A stretch of 64,000 nt of DNA from Fimicolochytrium jonesii (lineage: Eukaryota): assembly GCF_025526975.1 (NCBI RefSeq), contig NW_026515672.1, positions 806,001 to 870,000 on the forward strand, read 5' to 3'. Shown here in pieces: positions 62,166 to 64,000 of this stretch. Positions within the stretch are counted from its first letter, which is position 1. Each line of letters starts with the position of its first letter. The position numbers and the translations under genes are program-made. The notes under the pieces were generated by a model. That model was not told the DNA's origin. It made no database searches and saw nothing but the letters and a program-made list of their open reading frames with translations.

Positions 62166-63479
62166 TCAGGCCGCCGCGGAACCAAACACCTCCGAATGAA
62201 TCCGCTCAGGATGCACTCCAATCTCTTCCAACGCCTTCCTCTGCGCATTCATGAACGGTACAGGCCCGCAGAGATAATAGTCCGCATCCGGCAACACCAC
62301 CTTCTCACTGATCCTCCTCACATCAATCCTACCCACAGTATCATAATCCACACCCTGCACGTCATCTCTGCCGACTTCCTCGTAATATACAATCTTACTA
62401 ACTTGGGGATTCTCCGAGACGACTCTGTTCAAATGATCCTTCATGGCGTGGACATGGCGATTCCGCACCGCATGCACAAACACTACAGGCCGCTCTTTGC
62501 CGTTCGCCACAACTGTGTGTAGCATCGACATCATCGGCGTGAGTCCCACGCCGCCGCTCATAAGCACGACGGGTGTCTTCGCGTTTACATCGAGTGTGAA
62601 ATCGCCGTAGGGCATGCTGACGTCCACTTCCGCGTTCTCGGGGAGGTGTTCGTGTAATACGTTGGATATCTTGCCAGCGGGTCTGGTGTCGGTGGCGAAT
62701 TCGCGTTTGACCGAGATGCGGAAATGTTCCCCGTGCGGCGTATCGGAGAGACTGTACTGGCGAGGCTGGTAGACCCCAAGCTCAGGCACAAAGCACCGCA
62801 CACTGATGTACTGTCCCGGAGCAAAAGTCGGCAGCAGGCCCTTATCAGCCGGCGCGAGATGAAACGAGACAATCTCATCGCTTTCTAGAACTTTCCGCTT
62901 CACCACGAACTTCCGCCACCCGTTCCATCTGCCCGGCATCTCCGCAGCCTTTTTGTACAGATCCCCTTCGAACGTGATGAAAATCCCGGCAAGCTGCTCA
63001 TACGCCGCCCGCCACGCCTCCATTACATCCTCCGTCACCGCGTCCCCCAACACCTCCTTAATTGAAACTAACAGCTCCTCCCCAACAACCGCATACTGCT
63101 CCGGCCGCACGCCCAGACTCGCATGCTTGTTCCCGATCCGCGACACCGCGGCGCTCAACGCCCCCAGGTTGTCGATATGCGACGCGTAGGCCCATACGGC
63201 ATGCGCGAGCGCCGCGGGCTGTGCGCCGGTCGCTTGGTGGGCGGAGTTGAAAATATTTTTGAGCGAGGGGTGGTTTTTGAGGAGGCGCTTGTAGAAATGC
63301 GTGGTGATGGCAACTCCGTGCTTGGCCAGGACGGGGGCGGTGGACTTTACGATGGCGGTTTGGGCGGGGGTGAGGGCGTGTGGGAGGGCGGTGGCGTGGA
63401 ATTGTAGCGTGCGAAGAGCGTTGGATGGTGCTCTGGCTTTGAGACGGAGGCAAGAGAGGTGGAGGTTGCGTGCAAACAT
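62166..63479 (-). CDS. Flavohemoglobin (nitric oxide dioxygenase) with a predicted mitochondrial presequence; intronless
   Basis: Globin domain (ITTHFY, IFNSAHQATGAQ, IGNKHASLGV, QYAVVGE), FAD-binding PGQYIS/RQYSLS, NAD-binding SGGVGLTPM, YLCGPVPFM and SEVFG, preceded by a leader of about 35 aa that is Arg/Leu/Ser-rich and free of acidic residues. Confidence 0.96.
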   Translation of the reverse strand: MFARNLHLSCLRLKARAPSNALRTLQFHATALPHALTPAQTAIVKSTAPVLAKHGVAITTHFYKRLLKNHPSLKNIFNSAHQATGAQPAALAHAVWAYASHIDNLGALSAAVSRIGNKHASLGVRPEQYAVVGEELLVSIKEVLGDAVTEDVMEAWRAAYEQLAGIFITFEGDLYKKAAEMPGRWNGWRKFVVKRKVLESDEIVSFHLAPADKGLLPTFAPGQYISVRCFVPELGVYQPRQYSLSDTPHGEHFRISVKREFATDTRPAGKISNVLHEHLPENAEVDVSMPYGDFTLDVNAKTPVVLMSGGVGLTPMMSMLHTVVANGKERPVVFVHAVRNRHVHAMKDHLNRVVSENPQVSKIVYYEEVGRDDVQGVDYDTVGRIDVRRISEKVVLPDADYYLCGPVPFMNAQRKALEEIGVHPERIHSEVFGSAAA

Positions 63480-64000
63480 GGTAAGCGGCGGCGCTCAAGG
63501 AAAAACGACGAGGGATGCTTGCTATAGGATACTCCTAATGAATATCAATAGATGACACAGACCGTGCATGCATATGCAATCAATAAGCTGGTTTGCCTGA
63601 ACCCCGAAGCGGCAACGCAGACCCTTTTATAAGCGGCGTCCCTTGTGGCGGTCATGTCGGACGTTTGTTGAGGTGGCAACGGAGGCTCTTCGGAACTTCG
63701 GAAAAGGAGGCGTCGGTTGGGCGCTTTTTCACATATGCAAAAAAAGACCCCATCAACAAGTTTATGCCAACTTTTCCAAAAGCGGAAATTTCAGACGCCA
63801 AGAGCTGTCCGTCCTCCACACGCAGAAGGAAAGGATATGAGCTGGAAATAAGAAGCAAAAACGGGAATGTATGTCTAGTTGTATGAAAAAAAATGTCCAG
63901 CATAAATGTCAGGCTAAGGGAAAAAACGCGTCGAGTTGACGCATTGGGGTGCGGCAGTTTCCGCGCATAGGAGTGTTCGAGAAACGGCTGTACGTCCAGG

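Noticed and set aside
63565..63578. TGCATATGCA palindrome upstream of the flavohemoglobin, considered as a relic bacterial NsrR-type box
   Set aside because: It does not match the spaced inverted-repeat architecture, and short ATGCAT palindromes are common by chance.

Overview
Gene-dense eukaryotic DNA with short GT-AG introns (mostly about 60-105 nt) and about 24 protein-coding genes. I found no convincing tRNA, rRNA, transposon or CRISPR array. Fungal-type housekeeping genes (Cdc4, Osh3-type OSBP, Set2, Gpi12, Pda1, eIF2-alpha, Lag1-family, CSC1/OSCA, cytochrome-b5-fused acyl-CoA dehydrogenase) occur together with flagellar genes (a thioredoxin + multi-NDK NME8-like protein and a TCTEX1D2-like dynein light chain). 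This points to a zoosporic fungus, probably a chytrid; that assignment is inference. Highlights: (1) a single-pass surface protein with a Pmp-like FxxN/GGA beta-helix ectodomain and a tail carrying two NPxY motifs at integrin-beta spacing, a candidate non-integrin adhesion receptor; (2) an NME8-like protein with eight tandem NDK domains and a WAGPC thioredoxin; (3) an acireductone dioxygenase whose first exon has a 1-nt frame break; (4) horizontal-transfer candidates: an intronless mitochondrial-type flavohemoglobin, a proteobacterial-type patatin and a DUF1206 protein. Exon boundaries were read by eye, and family calls rest on remembered motifs, not database searches.
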